This document shows, in pieces, positions 10,210-19,467 of a stretch of 64,000 nt of DNA. Where the stretch lies: NCBI GenBank assembly GCA_029210565.1, contig JARGFQ010000016.1:2313-66312 (forward strand), written 5' to 3'. The DNA comes from Bacteroidales bacterium (GTDB lineage: Bacteria; Bacteroidota; Bacteroidia; Bacteroidales; VadinHA17). Positions within the stretch are counted from its first letter, which is position 1; every line of letters starts with the position of its first letter. The translations under genes and the position numbers were made by a program. The notes beneath the pieces are model-generated. The model worked only from the letters and a program-made list of their open reading frames with translations, had not been told where the DNA came from and searched no databases.

Positions 10210-10235
10210 GCAGAGACGTAGCTGGCTACGTCTCT
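10210..10235 (-). terminator. Strong 12-bp hairpin just after the hydA stop (no U-tract)
   Basis: CAGAGACGTAGC-TG-GCTACGTCTCTG is a perfect inverted repeat located 27 nt past the stop codon. Confidence 0.35.
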
Positions 10236-10261
10236 GTATCAGTGCTTAACAAACTATTGAG

Positions 10262-12043
10262 TTAGTATGATTCGCGTTCCGTGTAGTGAGTATGGAGAAG
10301 CTCATGTGCCTTGTGGCCATTGGGTTTCTCAAGGAACTCCTGGTAAATTGCAGTTACCTCAGGGTTATCATGCGACTTCCTGAGATCCATATTCATATCC
10401 TCGACATAGATAGCCTCCATACGCTTCTGCCTGATCTCCGTACTGGTGGGTATGGGCTGGCCACCGCCACCGAGACATCCTCCCGGGCAGGCCATGATCT
10501 CAATGAAGTGATACTGTGCCTTGCCCTGGCTGACCGCTTTGGCGATCTTGTTTGCGTTGACCAGTCCGTGTGCGATAGCTACTTTGAGTTCGGCTCCCTC
10601 AAGGAACTTCCACTCTTCCCTGGTTCCTTCTATCTTTATGGTAGCCTCCTTGACTCCTTCCATGCCGCGTACAGGCATGATGTTGAGGTTCTTGAAAGGC
10701 ACCGGCCTGCCGGTCACTATCTCGTAGGCCGTACGCAGTGCGGCTTCCATCACTCCGCCGGTGGCACCGAAGATAACCCCGGCGCCCGTTGAGACACCCA
10801 TGACAGAATCATAATGACTCTCTTCAAGGGTACGGAAATCCAGACCTGCCTGCTTTATCATTACGGCGAGCTCACGGGTGGTGAGTACGAAGTCGATGTC
10901 CTTGTACCCGCTGGATCTCATCTCCGGTCTGTCAGCCTCATATTTCTTGGCAGTGCAGGGCATGATGGAGACAGAGACCACATTGGCAGGGTCAAGTTTG
11001 CGCTTATCGGCATAGAATGTCTTTGCCAGTGCCCCAAACATCTGCTGTGGTGATTTGCAGGTCGACAGGTTGGGAAGCATATGCGGATACTTGTGCTCAA
11101 TGAACTTGATCCATCCCGGTGAGCAGGAGGTGAACATCGGAAGGGCAAGAGTCTTGTCGCCTTCCACCAGCACCTTCTTCAGCCTGGTAAGGAGCTCTGT
11201 TCCCTCCTCAATGATGGTCAGGTCTGCCGTGAAGTCGGTATCCAGCACCGAATCAAAGCCCAGCTGCCGCAGGGCGGTAACCAGCTTGCCGGTAACCCTC
11301 TCACCAGGGTCATAACCAAGATCTTCACCCAGGGCAATACGGACTGCCGGAGCTGTCTGGACAACCACATGCTTGTCGGTATCATAAATGGCATCCCACA
11401 CCTGGTCAATATATGTCTTCTCCGTCAGGGCTCCCGTCGGGCAGCGGTTGACACACTGTCCGCAGTTGGTGCAGACGACGTGGCTCATGGGCCTGTCATG
11501 GAATGAGCTTATCTTCATCTCCGAGCCCTTGTGGGAAACGGCTATGGCAGATACATACTGAAGCTGGGCGCAGGTACGCACACAGCGCTGGCATCTGATG
11601 CACTTGCTGTCATCCTTGATGAAGGCCGGCGACGACCTGTCAATGACATAATTGTGATCCTCCGTAAGATCGAAGAAGATATGCTCACCGAAAGAATACT
11701 CGTTTGCCAGTGTCTGCAGTTCGCAGTTCTGGTTCTTGTAGCACTTGGTGCAGTCTGCCCTGTGCTCTGACAGCAGCAGCTCAACAATATGCTTGCGGGC
11801 ATTTCTAACCTTCAGGGAATTGGTCTGTATCTCCATACCCTGGGACACCGGAGTGACACATGAGGCCACCAGCGTACGGGCCCCCTTCTGCTCAACCACG
11901 CAGACACGGCAGTTACCTGCCACACAGAGGTCAGGGTGATTACACAGTGTGGGTATGTTTATGCCAAGAGTTTTTGCGGCAGCCAGGACAGTTGTTCCCT
12001 CCGCCACCTTAACCTCATGCTCGTTTATCTTAAGTGTTACCAT
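10262..12043 (-). CDS. hydA: [FeFe]-hydrogenase catalytic subunit (HydA / HndD type, multi-FeS)
   Basis: H-cluster motifs FTSCSPGW, MPCTAKKYE and EIMACPGGCLGGGGQP are present. N-terminal 2Fe-2S domain (MVTLKINEHEVKV...CNHPDL) plus ferredoxin Cys motifs. I placed the start at the ATG at 12043, because the track ORF extends into the hydB stop region. Confidence 0.93.
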   Translation of the reverse strand: MVTLKINEHEVKVAEGTTVLAAAKTLGINIPTLCNHPDLCVAGNCRVCVVEQKGARTLVASCVTPVSQGMEIQTNSLKVRNARKHIVELLLSEHRADCTKCYKNQNCELQTLANEYSFGEHIFFDLTEDHNYVIDRSSPAFIKDDSKCIRCQRCVRTCAQLQYVSAIAVSHKGSEMKISSFHDRPMSHVVCTNCGQCVNRCPTGALTEKTYIDQVWDAIYDTDKHVVVQTAPAVRIALGEDLGYDPGERVTGKLVTALRQLGFDSVLDTDFTADLTIIEEGTELLTRLKKVLVEGDKTLALPMFTSCSPGWIKFIEHKYPHMLPNLSTCKSPQQMFGALAKTFYADKRKLDPANVVSVSIMPCTAKKYEADRPEMRSSGYKDIDFVLTTRELAVMIKQAGLDFRTLEESHYDSVMGVSTGAGVIFGATGGVMEAALRTAYEIVTGRPVPFKNLNIMPVRGMEGVKEATIKIEGTREEWKFLEGAELKVAIAHGLVNANKIAKAVSQGKAQYHFIEIMACPGGCLGGGGQPIPTSTEIRQKRMEAIYVEDMNMDLRKSHDNPEVTAIYQEFLEKPNGHKAHELLHTHYTERESY

Positions 12044-12062
12044 AATTATCAATAGACTAGGA

Positions 12063-13223
12063 TTAGTAAATAACTTCTTCTCTGAAATTCTCAACGATCG
12101 ATTTGAAGGCATTGCCTACCGACTGTCCGAGGCCGCACTTCGATGCCACCTTCATGGTATCGGCCAGCTTGATGAGCTCATTGAGGTATGTCGACTTAGC
12201 CTCTCCCTTCTTGACCTTTTCAATACCCTTGAGAAGCTGCTGGCATCCGACGCGGCACGGAGTGCATTGACCGCATGACTCCTCGGCAAAGAAATCAAGA
12301 TAGTTATGGAGTACGTTGTACATCGAGCGGGAGCTGTTGAAAAGCTTCATCGACCCGCCAGTGGGAACTCCTTCAAAGCCTATTATGGTATCGGCAAACT
12401 TCTTGCGCGGTACGCAGAAGCCGGATGCGCCTCCTACCTGAACTGCCTTGGCGTCTCCGTCACCGAATTCATTGACAAATTGCTGAACGGTCATCCCCAG
12501 CTCCAGCTCAAAAATGCCCGGTAAGGGAGTGTCACCGGAGATGGAGAAAACTTTTGATCCGCGCGAGTCCTTGGTCCCGAGCTTGACATATTCAAGGGGT
12601 CCCTTCTCAATGATCATCATCGCAGTCACCAGCGTCTCAACATTGTTGATGGAGGTGGGCTTGGAGAAGAGTCCGGATGTGGTCGGATAGGGAGGCTTGT
12701 TACGTGGTTCACCCCTGCGACCTTCTATTGATTCAAACAATGCGCTCTCCTCACCGCATATGTATGCGCCGCTGCCCATACGGTACTCGATGCTGAAGTC
12801 GTAACCAATCTCGGCAATCATCTTGTGAAACTTATGAAGCTCAACGTAAAGCTGCGGCAGCAGAAACCTGTACTCACCGCGGAGGTATATGAAGCCTTTT
12901 TTTGCACCCATCGCCTTGCCGGCTATGGCCATCCCGGCGTAAACCTTGGGGGCCACCTTGTCAAGGATCTCACGGTCCTTAAAGGTGCCGGGCTCTCCTT
13001 CGTCAGCATTACAGACTATGTATTTCTCCGGATCCTTCTCCGCAGCAGTATATTTCCATTTCAATCCCGTGGGGAAACCAGCCCCGCCACGACCTTTCAG
13101 ACCCGATTCCAGAACCTGCTGAATAATCTCATCACTTGTCATCTCGAAGGCTTTCTTTATAACCTTCCTGACATCTACGGTCTCAAATATAAGGTCAACT
13201 TTTGTCAGTCCTTTGTTTTTCAT
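12063..13223 (-). CDS. hydB: NuoF-like NAD(P)H/FMN flavoprotein subunit of HydABC (HydB / HndC), minimal form
   Basis: 386 aa. GRGGAGFPTGLKWK (FMN site), ICGEESAL, ESCGQCTPCRVG...KCGLG (N3-type 4Fe-4S). No extra N- or C-terminal FeS domains. Confidence 0.9.
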   Translation of the reverse strand: MKNKGLTKVDLIFETVDVRKVIKKAFEMTSDEIIQQVLESGLKGRGGAGFPTGLKWKYTAAEKDPEKYIVCNADEGEPGTFKDREILDKVAPKVYAGMAIAGKAMGAKKGFIYLRGEYRFLLPQLYVELHKFHKMIAEIGYDFSIEYRMGSGAYICGEESALFESIEGRRGEPRNKPPYPTTSGLFSKPTSINNVETLVTAMMIIEKGPLEYVKLGTKDSRGSKVFSISGDTPLPGIFELELGMTVQQFVNEFGDGDAKAVQVGGASGFCVPRKKFADTIIGFEGVPTGGSMKLFNSSRSMYNVLHNYLDFFAEESCGQCTPCRVGCQQLLKGIEKVKKGEAKSTYLNELIKLADTMKVASKCGLGQSVGNAFKSIVENFREEVIY

Positions 13224-13241
13224 ATCAGTGTCTCCCTCTGT

Positions 13242-13703
13242 TTAGCGCATGTAACCTTTAATAACGTCAATAACCGTCTCCTGCGTAAGATCAGTGTACG
13301 GCATGTCATTGATCAGAATCGCGGGAGCCTTGTGACACCATCCTATGCAGTTGGTCTCAAGAAGTGTGAACATCTTGTCGGGAGTGGTCTCACCTACCCT
13401 GATCTTGAGCATATCCTCAATAGTACTTATTATGTCATTCTTGCCCTTCATCGAGCAGGTAATGGTCTTGCAGACCCTGATGACATTCCTGCCACGCTCC
13501 TCCGTATCCAGGAAGGTATAAAACGATGCCGTGCCGTAAACCTCTGCTGCAGAGATATCCAGTTCTGTTGCAACTGCCACCATGACATCGTCTGTCAGGT
13601 AGTTGTGCTTCTTAACAATATCCTGAAGTATCGGCATGAGGCTCTCTCTCTTTCGGCCGTGCTTCTCTGCCAAATCCTTCACCAGGTTACCAGTTTGATA
13701 CAT
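13242..13703 (-). CDS. hydC: NuoE-like thioredoxin-fold [2Fe-2S] subunit (HydC / HndA)
   Basis: 153 aa. Cys pattern VCKTITCS...NCIGWCHKAP. Confidence 0.88.
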   Translation of the reverse strand: MYQTGNLVKDLAEKHGRKRESLMPILQDIVKKHNYLTDDVMVAVATELDISAAEVYGTASFYTFLDTEERGRNVIRVCKTITCSMKGKNDIISTIEDMLKIRVGETTPDKMFTLLETNCIGWCHKAPAILINDMPYTDLTQETVIDVIKGYMR

Positions 13704-13759
13704 ATATTACGTTTTTAAGTGTGTTTGAAAAATATGTTAGCCACTGTTTTCAATTTCGG

Positions 13760-13777
13760 CTGTGAAACTAATAACAA
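13760..13777. promoter_or_regulatory. Weak Rex-box-like site upstream of hydCBA
   Basis: CTGTGAA-ACTA-ATAACAA compared with TTGTGAA-N4-TTCACAA matches 6/7 and 5/7 in the two half-sites. It lies 57-74 nt upstream of the hydC start. Confidence 0.3.
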
Positions 13778-13875
13778 TAATCAACCAAAAACCTTACATA
13801 AATCATGTTTAAGAATATTTAAGGCTTCTGTAAAACTTATTGTCTTTATAAATGGAGGAGGGTTACAGTGTCTGT

Positions 13876-14535
13876 TCAGCCTGCGCTGAAGCTTTCCAGC
13901 TGGGAGGTGAGCCACCCGATCCATCTGTCGATGCCCTCCCCACCGGTCGCTGAAGTTTTGATAATGGTGATGCCGGGATTCAGCGAGGCCATATCAGATT
14001 CGAATGAGGCGGTATTGAAATTGGTGTAGGGTATAAGGTCTGTCTTATTGAGGATAATCGCCCTGGCGCCCGTAAAGAGCATCGGATATTTTGCCGGCTT
14101 GTCATCACCTTCGGCCGTGCTGACAACAGCCAGCTTGAAGGTTTCGCCCAGGTCAAACTGCGAAGGACAGATCAGGTTGCCGACATTCTCAACGAAGAGA
14201 AGGTCGGTCTGATCAAGATCGAAATGTCCCAGCACCTTTGATATGCTGTGGGAGTCGAGATGACACCCGCCCCCGGTATTGATGCAAACGATAGGGATAT
14301 TATACTTTTGCAGGCGCCGGGCATCACGGTCAGTGGCAACATCACCCTCTATCACACCTATCCTTATCTTATCAGCCATAGCTTCGCAGGTGCGCTCAAG
14401 CAGTGTGGTCTTACCGGCTCCGGGGGAACTGATGATGTTAACCATCATAACCTTTTTCTCCCTCAGGAGAGAACGTACCTCTTCAGCCATGTTCTGGTTC
14501 CTGTCCAGAATATCTTTCATGATCTTGATTTCCAT
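13876..14535 (-). CDS. hypB: Hydrogenase nickel-incorporation GTPase HypB
   Basis: 219 aa. P-loop SSPGAGKTTLLE, CH motif GGGCHLD, NKTDL. Confidence 0.93.
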   Translation of the reverse strand: MEIKIMKDILDRNQNMAEEVRSLLREKKVMMVNIISSPGAGKTTLLERTCEAMADKIRIGVIEGDVATDRDARRLQKYNIPIVCINTGGGCHLDSHSISKVLGHFDLDQTDLLFVENVGNLICPSQFDLGETFKLAVVSTAEGDDKPAKYPMLFTGARAIILNKTDLIPYTNFNTASFESDMASLNPGITIIKTSATGGEGIDRWIGWLTSQLESFSAG

Positions 14536-14537
14536 CT

Positions 14538-14879
14538 CTATTCTCCTTCGATACTTTTAATGAATAACTCTTTGCCGTGTACTACATCTATATCTGTGGA
14601 ACCGCATGCCGTGCAGGCATGCAGATCATCATCAGGCCTGTACTCCGTGCCGCACCTCCGGCATCGCATCTCGGCAGCAATGATCTCTATCTCCAGCCGT
14701 GCTGCCGAGGCGACACTCTCCACGGCAGCTATACTGAAGGCTGCCTCAAGCAGATCAGGCACTACCTGCACGAACTGCCCGACGCTGATATTCACCCTCT
14801 CAACTATCCTGAGTCCTGCTTCTGCGGCATGGTGTGACACCATCGCTGACAACTCTTCTGCTATCTTCAGTTCGTGCAT
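14538..14879 (-). CDS. hypA: Hydrogenase nickel-insertion protein HypA
   Basis: 113 aa. MHELKIAEEL N-terminus and a Zn site CRRCG...CTACGS. Confidence 0.92.
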   Translation of the reverse strand: MHELKIAEELSAMVSHHAAEAGLRIVERVNISVGQFVQVVPDLLEAAFSIAAVESVASAARLEIEIIAAEMRCRRCGTEYRPDDDLHACTACGSTDIDVVHGKELFIKSIEGE

Positions 14880-14889
14880 CGTCCTCCTG

Positions 14890-15897
14890 TCAGCATATTC
14901 TTGGCAGCAGCAACCCTGACGGCATATCCAGGAACCGCCTTCCGCCGGTTAAACTGTTAAGAACAACCCTGCCGCGGCACTCAGCAGTTATCTCACCGAT
15001 GACTGCTGATTCTCTCCCCAGGGCGTCGGAGCGCAATATCTCAACTATCCTGTCAGCTGCCTCAGGAGCGGCAATGATAACCATCCTTCCCTCGCTGGCG
15101 AGAGTAAGCGGATCGAACCCGAGAATCTCACATAAGCCCCTGACAGGTTCGGCTATCGGAACACTCTCTTCGTTGACTGTAATACCGCAGCTGATCATGG
15201 TGGCAAGCTCGTTGAGCACTGCAGCAAGCCCGCCCCTGGTGAGATCACGCATGAAATGCACCGCCGCCGGCTTCTCCAGTATCTTACCTGTCAACCTGTT
15301 GAGTGAGGCGCAGTCGGAGATCAGCGGCCGGTCAAAGGAGAGCTTCCTTCGTGAAGCAAGTATGGCAACTGCATGGTCGCCTGGCGGCCCGCTGATAATC
15401 AGCCTGTCGCCTTCCTTCACGGATACACCGCTGCTGATATGCATGTGCTGCCGGGGAAGGAGCCCTACCCCGGCAGTGTTTATGAATATCCTGTCACACT
15501 GTCCCTTCTCCACCACCTTGGTGTCACCTGTTACTATCATTACCCCGGCAGTGTCAGCCTCTGCAGCCATGGAGGCTACTATGGCGTCAAGCTCGCTGAC
15601 TTCAAATCCCTCTTCAATGATGAATGCTGCCGAGAGAAACCTGGGTTCGGCACCTGATACGGCAAGATCGTTTACCGTACCGCATACTGCCAGCTTGCCG
15701 ATGTTGCCGCCTGGGAAGAAGAGCGGGTCGATCACAAACGAGTCTGTGGTGAAGGCGATCATCCCCTCTCCCGCTGAGAGCAGCGCAGAGTCAGTCATCG
15801 GTCCCTCCATCCCGAACCGGGAGGCAAAATGGTCAAGGATAAGATCCTGCGCCTGTCTTCCTCCGCTTCCTTGTCCCAGGGTTATCTTCTCATTCAT
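14890..15897 (-). CDS. hypE: Hydrogenase maturation protein HypE
   Basis: Starts MNEKITLGQGSGG and ends with the C-terminal PRIC motif. The start is an ATG in an ATGAATGA overlap with the hypD stop. The track ORF (to 16017) over-extends into hypD. Confidence 0.92.
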   Translation of the reverse strand: MNEKITLGQGSGGRQAQDLILDHFASRFGMEGPMTDSALLSAGEGMIAFTTDSFVIDPLFFPGGNIGKLAVCGTVNDLAVSGAEPRFLSAAFIIEEGFEVSELDAIVASMAAEADTAGVMIVTGDTKVVEKGQCDRIFINTAGVGLLPRQHMHISSGVSVKEGDRLIISGPPGDHAVAILASRRKLSFDRPLISDCASLNRLTGKILEKPAAVHFMRDLTRGGLAAVLNELATMISCGITVNEESVPIAEPVRGLCEILGFDPLTLASEGRMVIIAAPEAADRIVEILRSDALGRESAVIGEITAECRGRVVLNSLTGGRRFLDMPSGLLLPRIC

Positions 15898-16984
15898 CGT
15901 GGCAGTATTTGAACCAGGAATTGCACGCACCCTCTTCCGATACCATGCAGGCCCCCTCTGGATGTTCAGGGGTGCATTGTGATGCATATAGGGCACATTC
16001 CGGAGGAGTCCTGACACCTCTCAGTATCTCTCCGCAGATACATGCGCTGTCACGGGTCGACTCAGGCAGGCTGACCGGGAAGGCAGTCCCGGCGTCAAAA
16101 CGTCGGTAGCGGTCGCGCAGCCGGAGGCCCGACAAAGCTATAGGCCCCAGGCCGCGCCATTGCGCGTCACAGGGCTCAAAGACTTCGTCCAGGTAAGCCT
16201 GTGCCCTCCGGTTTCCCGCGCGTGACACCGCCCTTGTGTACTCTGTCTCCACGGACGGCGAAGAGCCGTTAACCTGTCGGATAAGCATCAGAACCGACAT
16301 AAGCAGATCGGCAGGTTCAAATCCTGCCACCACGCAGGCGAGCCGGTACCTCTCCGGGATGAAGTCAAAAGCTGATGCGCCTGTAATGACAGCCACATGG
16401 CCAGGGCATATAAATCCGTCAATGCGGGTGCCGTCCTTCAGTATGGCCTCCATGGCCGGAGGCATCAGCTTGTGTGCGCTCAGAACATAGAAATTGTCTC
16501 TCCCCTCACTGTCAGCCTGCATGACCGTCACAGCGGTTCCCGGTGCCGTGGTCTCAAATCCGACGGCGGAAAAGACTATCTTCCTCTGCGGGTCGGACCG
16601 TGCCATCTGCAGAGCCTCATGCGCCGATAGCACCACCCTCAGGTCTGCACCCTCCGCTGCGGCGGCAGCAGGAGAGAGAAGAGTACCCGGCACCCGCATC
16701 AGGTCCCCGAAGAGGGCCACAGTGACATCCCGGAGCGATGCCAGGGCTATCAGCCTGTCTATGTAATCAGCAGAGGTGACGCAGACCGGGCATCCCGGAC
16801 CGGAAAGAAGTCTTACGGTGTCAGGGATCAACGATGGTATTCCAAACCTGTGTATGGCAGAGGTGTGACCTCCGCATACCTCCATAAAGGTGTAGTCGCG
16901 CGTGGCAGCCTCCGCAATCATCCTTGCCAGGCTCTCCGTCTGACTCCTCAGTCTGAATTCATCAACAAACTTCATCGCCGTCAC
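15890..16984 (-). CDS. hypD: Hydrogenase maturation protein HypD
   Basis: 364 aa. Motifs CGGHT, GPGCPVCV and FETT. Confidence 0.93.
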   Translation of the reverse strand: MTAMKFVDEFRLRSQTESLARMIAEAATRDYTFMEVCGGHTSAIHRFGIPSLIPDTVRLLSGPGCPVCVTSADYIDRLIALASLRDVTVALFGDLMRVPGTLLSPAAAAAEGADLRVVLSAHEALQMARSDPQRKIVFSAVGFETTAPGTAVTVMQADSEGRDNFYVLSAHKLMPPAMEAILKDGTRIDGFICPGHVAVITGASAFDFIPERYRLACVVAGFEPADLLMSVLMLIRQVNGSSPSVETEYTRAVSRAGNRRAQAYLDEVFEPCDAQWRGLGPIALSGLRLRDRYRRFDAGTAFPVSLPESTRDSACICGEILRGVRTPPECALYASQCTPEHPEGACMVSEEGACNSWFKYCHDE

Positions 16985-17207
16985 TCCCGCTTACTGAATC
17001 CTCCATCTCCTTCAGGAGACGCAGTGTCTCCATGGCCTCCTCCTCCTTCATCTTCTCTATGGCAAAACCTGCATGAAGCAGGACATAATCCCCGACCCTC
17101 ACCCCTTCAACCATCTGCAGGCCTGCCTGGAATACAACTCCCCCTACGGAGACCTGTCCCATGTCACCCTCAATGGAAATGATGCGTGCAGGAAGACTCA
17201 GACACAT
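16962..17207 (-). CDS. hypC: Hydrogenase assembly chaperone HypC
   Basis: 81 aa with N-terminal MCLSLPARI. It overlaps both hypF and hypD. Confidence 0.92.
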   Translation of the reverse strand: MCLSLPARIISIEGDMGQVSVGGVVFQAGLQMVEGVRVGDYVLLHAGFAIEKMKEEEAMETLRLLKEMEDSVSGSDGDEVC

Positions 17208-19441
17208 TTTCCCCTCCTTTCTGCAGCAACAAGAAGCTGCCCCAGTGAAACACCACCATCGTTAGCAGGCACAAGGTGATTGGTATAAACCCTGAATTTG
17301 TTCATGCTTAAAAGATACAAAGATTTCTCAAGCAGATACCTGTTCTGAAAAACTCCTCCCGAGAGGACCACCCTTTTCAACCCTGTCTCCCGCCTGATCC
17401 TGAGACAGACATCCAGGATAATATGCGCCACGGTGTTGTGGAACCTGGCAGCAATACCCGGTACATCCGGGTGTTCAAGCTCTTTCAGCATCTCTGCAAA
17501 CATTGCTTGCAGGCTGACCGTCCCGTTGAGGGAATAGGGATAATATTCATCAATATTTGAAGAGGCTGCAGATTCAAGACGCATCGGAGCTTCTGCATCG
17601 AACTTACTCTCCGTGCAGAGCAGAAGGAGTGCCGAGACAGCATCGAAGATGCGGCCTGCACCGCAGGTGAGAGGTGAGTTGATGCCGTTGACAAGCATCT
17701 GCCTCACCGTCTCAAGCTTTCTCCCCTCAACCTGTCTGAACAACTCTAGTGAGCTGAAGTCATAGTCGCTGCCGAAATAACGGAAGAGGCATGAGAGTGC
17801 CATGCGCCACGGCTCATCTGCAGCAATGTCGCCACCGGGCATCATGAAATAATCAAAGTGAGTGTATCTCTCAAAATCCGCGGGAGTAGCAATCATGAAC
17901 TCACTCCCCCATATATTTCCGTCAGTGCCGTAACCGGTGCCATCCATGATTACTCCTATCACCTCCCCGATAAGCCTGTGCTCAGCCATCACCGATGCCG
18001 CATGAGCATGGTGGTGCTGAACCCTCACCAGCGGCACTCCATTCTGTTCAGCCATCTCCTCCGCAAACCTTCCGGAGAGATAATCAGGATGCATATCGCA
18101 TGCCACATGAGAGGGTGTAAACCTGAAGAGTGAGGAGAACAGCCTCAGTGAATCGAGATAGAAATCGTATGTGGAGAGGTTCACGAGATCACCTATATAC
18201 TGGCTCATGAAGGCCTGGCTTCCCCTTCCGATGCAGAAGCTGTTCTTCTGTTCAGCCCCCGCTGCGAAAACGCCCTCAACAGAGCAACTCAGATCAACAG
18301 GCTCCGGGGCATAACCCCTTGACCTCCTTATCAGACTGATATTTCCGTTGATAACTCTGACCACTGAATCATCAGCCCTGTTGTTTATCTCCCTGTTGTA
18401 ACTCACGATGCATCCGGTGACGGGCATAAGATCACGTTCAGCCTTACTGTCAAGGGTAATTATGGGTTCATCGCTGAGGTTGCCGCTGGTGAGCACCAGG
18501 ACAGGGGTTGTGATGAGCCTGAACAGCAGGTAATGAACTGGCATATGGGGCAGCATCGCTCCCGTTGTGTTCAGTCCGCTGCTCACCGACGGTGCCAGGG
18601 GCATCTTCTGCTGCAATATGACAACCGGCCTTCTCCACGACTCAAGCATCGCCTTCTCCTGCACCTCAACATGGCAGTACTCATGCACGGCATTTATATC
18701 CCTGAACATCACTGCAAAGGGTTTACTGTCACGCTGCTTACGCTGCCTGAGGCCTGCAACGGCTGCCTCGTTCAGTGCATCACACATAATGTTGTAGCCC
18801 CCTGTCGATTTTATGGCGACACTGCCCCCGGAAGCCAGCCGGAGGGCTATCTCCTCCAAAATGTCATTTATGGAGGTGATGACCAGATCACCTGCCCTCA
18901 GCGTATATACCGGCCCGCAGCTGTTGCAGGCCACAGGCTGGGCATGAAACCTGCGGTCTGAAATGTCCATGTATTCAGCAGCACACCGATGACACATCTC
19001 AAAGGCAGCCATGGTTGTATTGATCCTGTCATACGGCAACGACTTGATGATGGTGAAGCGGGGACCGCAATTCGTGCAATTGATGAAAGGATAACCTCGC
19101 CGTCCGGGATCGGTTACCAGGTCATCAAGGCACTCCCGGCAGACTGCTATGTCCGGACTGACCTCGGTGATAGTCTCATCAGCATCGAGGCTGGGCCTTA
19201 TGCTGAAGCCTGTAAACCCGGCTGTCCTGGTTTTCCTGAGCTGCACTGACCTGACAACCGCTGCAGGAGGGGCAAGGTCTTGAATGTCCCGGGCAAACAT
19301 GTCGGCTCTCTCCCGGTCACACTCTATCACCACAGTGACACCACCGGTCCGGTTGACTACCTCGCCCGTGAGGTTGTGCTTTATGGCAAGCCTGCGGATG
19401 AAAGGACGAAATCCAACACCCTGCACCAACCCCCTGACCAA
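17198..19441 (-). CDS. hypF: Carbamoyltransferase HypF
   Basis: 747 aa. Acylphosphatase motif VQGVGFRPF, two Zn-finger pairs (CRECL...CTNCGPRF and CHRCAAEY...CNSCGP), and YrdC plus Kae1-like regions. The start is a TTG. Confidence 0.92.
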   Translation of the reverse strand: MVRGLVQGVGFRPFIRRLAIKHNLTGEVVNRTGGVTVVIECDRERADMFARDIQDLAPPAAVVRSVQLRKTRTAGFTGFSIRPSLDADETITEVSPDIAVCRECLDDLVTDPGRRGYPFINCTNCGPRFTIIKSLPYDRINTTMAAFEMCHRCAAEYMDISDRRFHAQPVACNSCGPVYTLRAGDLVITSINDILEEIALRLASGGSVAIKSTGGYNIMCDALNEAAVAGLRQRKQRDSKPFAVMFRDINAVHEYCHVEVQEKAMLESWRRPVVILQQKMPLAPSVSSGLNTTGAMLPHMPVHYLLFRLITTPVLVLTSGNLSDEPIITLDSKAERDLMPVTGCIVSYNREINNRADDSVVRVINGNISLIRRSRGYAPEPVDLSCSVEGVFAAGAEQKNSFCIGRGSQAFMSQYIGDLVNLSTYDFYLDSLRLFSSLFRFTPSHVACDMHPDYLSGRFAEEMAEQNGVPLVRVQHHHAHAASVMAEHRLIGEVIGVIMDGTGYGTDGNIWGSEFMIATPADFERYTHFDYFMMPGGDIAADEPWRMALSCLFRYFGSDYDFSSLELFRQVEGRKLETVRQMLVNGINSPLTCGAGRIFDAVSALLLLCTESKFDAEAPMRLESAASSNIDEYYPYSLNGTVSLQAMFAEMLKELEHPDVPGIAARFHNTVAHIILDVCLRIRRETGLKRVVLSGGVFQNRYLLEKSLYLLSMNKFRVYTNHLVPANDGGVSLGQLLVAAERRGKCV

Positions 19442-19467
19442 TATCTCGTAACCTTTTTCTATGACTG

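Noticed and set aside
14834-15982. 382-aa plus-strand ORF, and similar long antisense ORFs (12825-13718, 39990-40643, 41474-42118, 44427-45059, 47903-48424, 54969-55625, 27195-27737)
   Set aside because: Each lies entirely antisense to a gene with unmistakable family motifs (hypE, hydB/hydC, uxaE-like, uxaC, SDR, pdxB, FKBP, MbhH-like). Each also has low-complexity Ser/Pro/Arg-rich composition. They are shadow ORFs.
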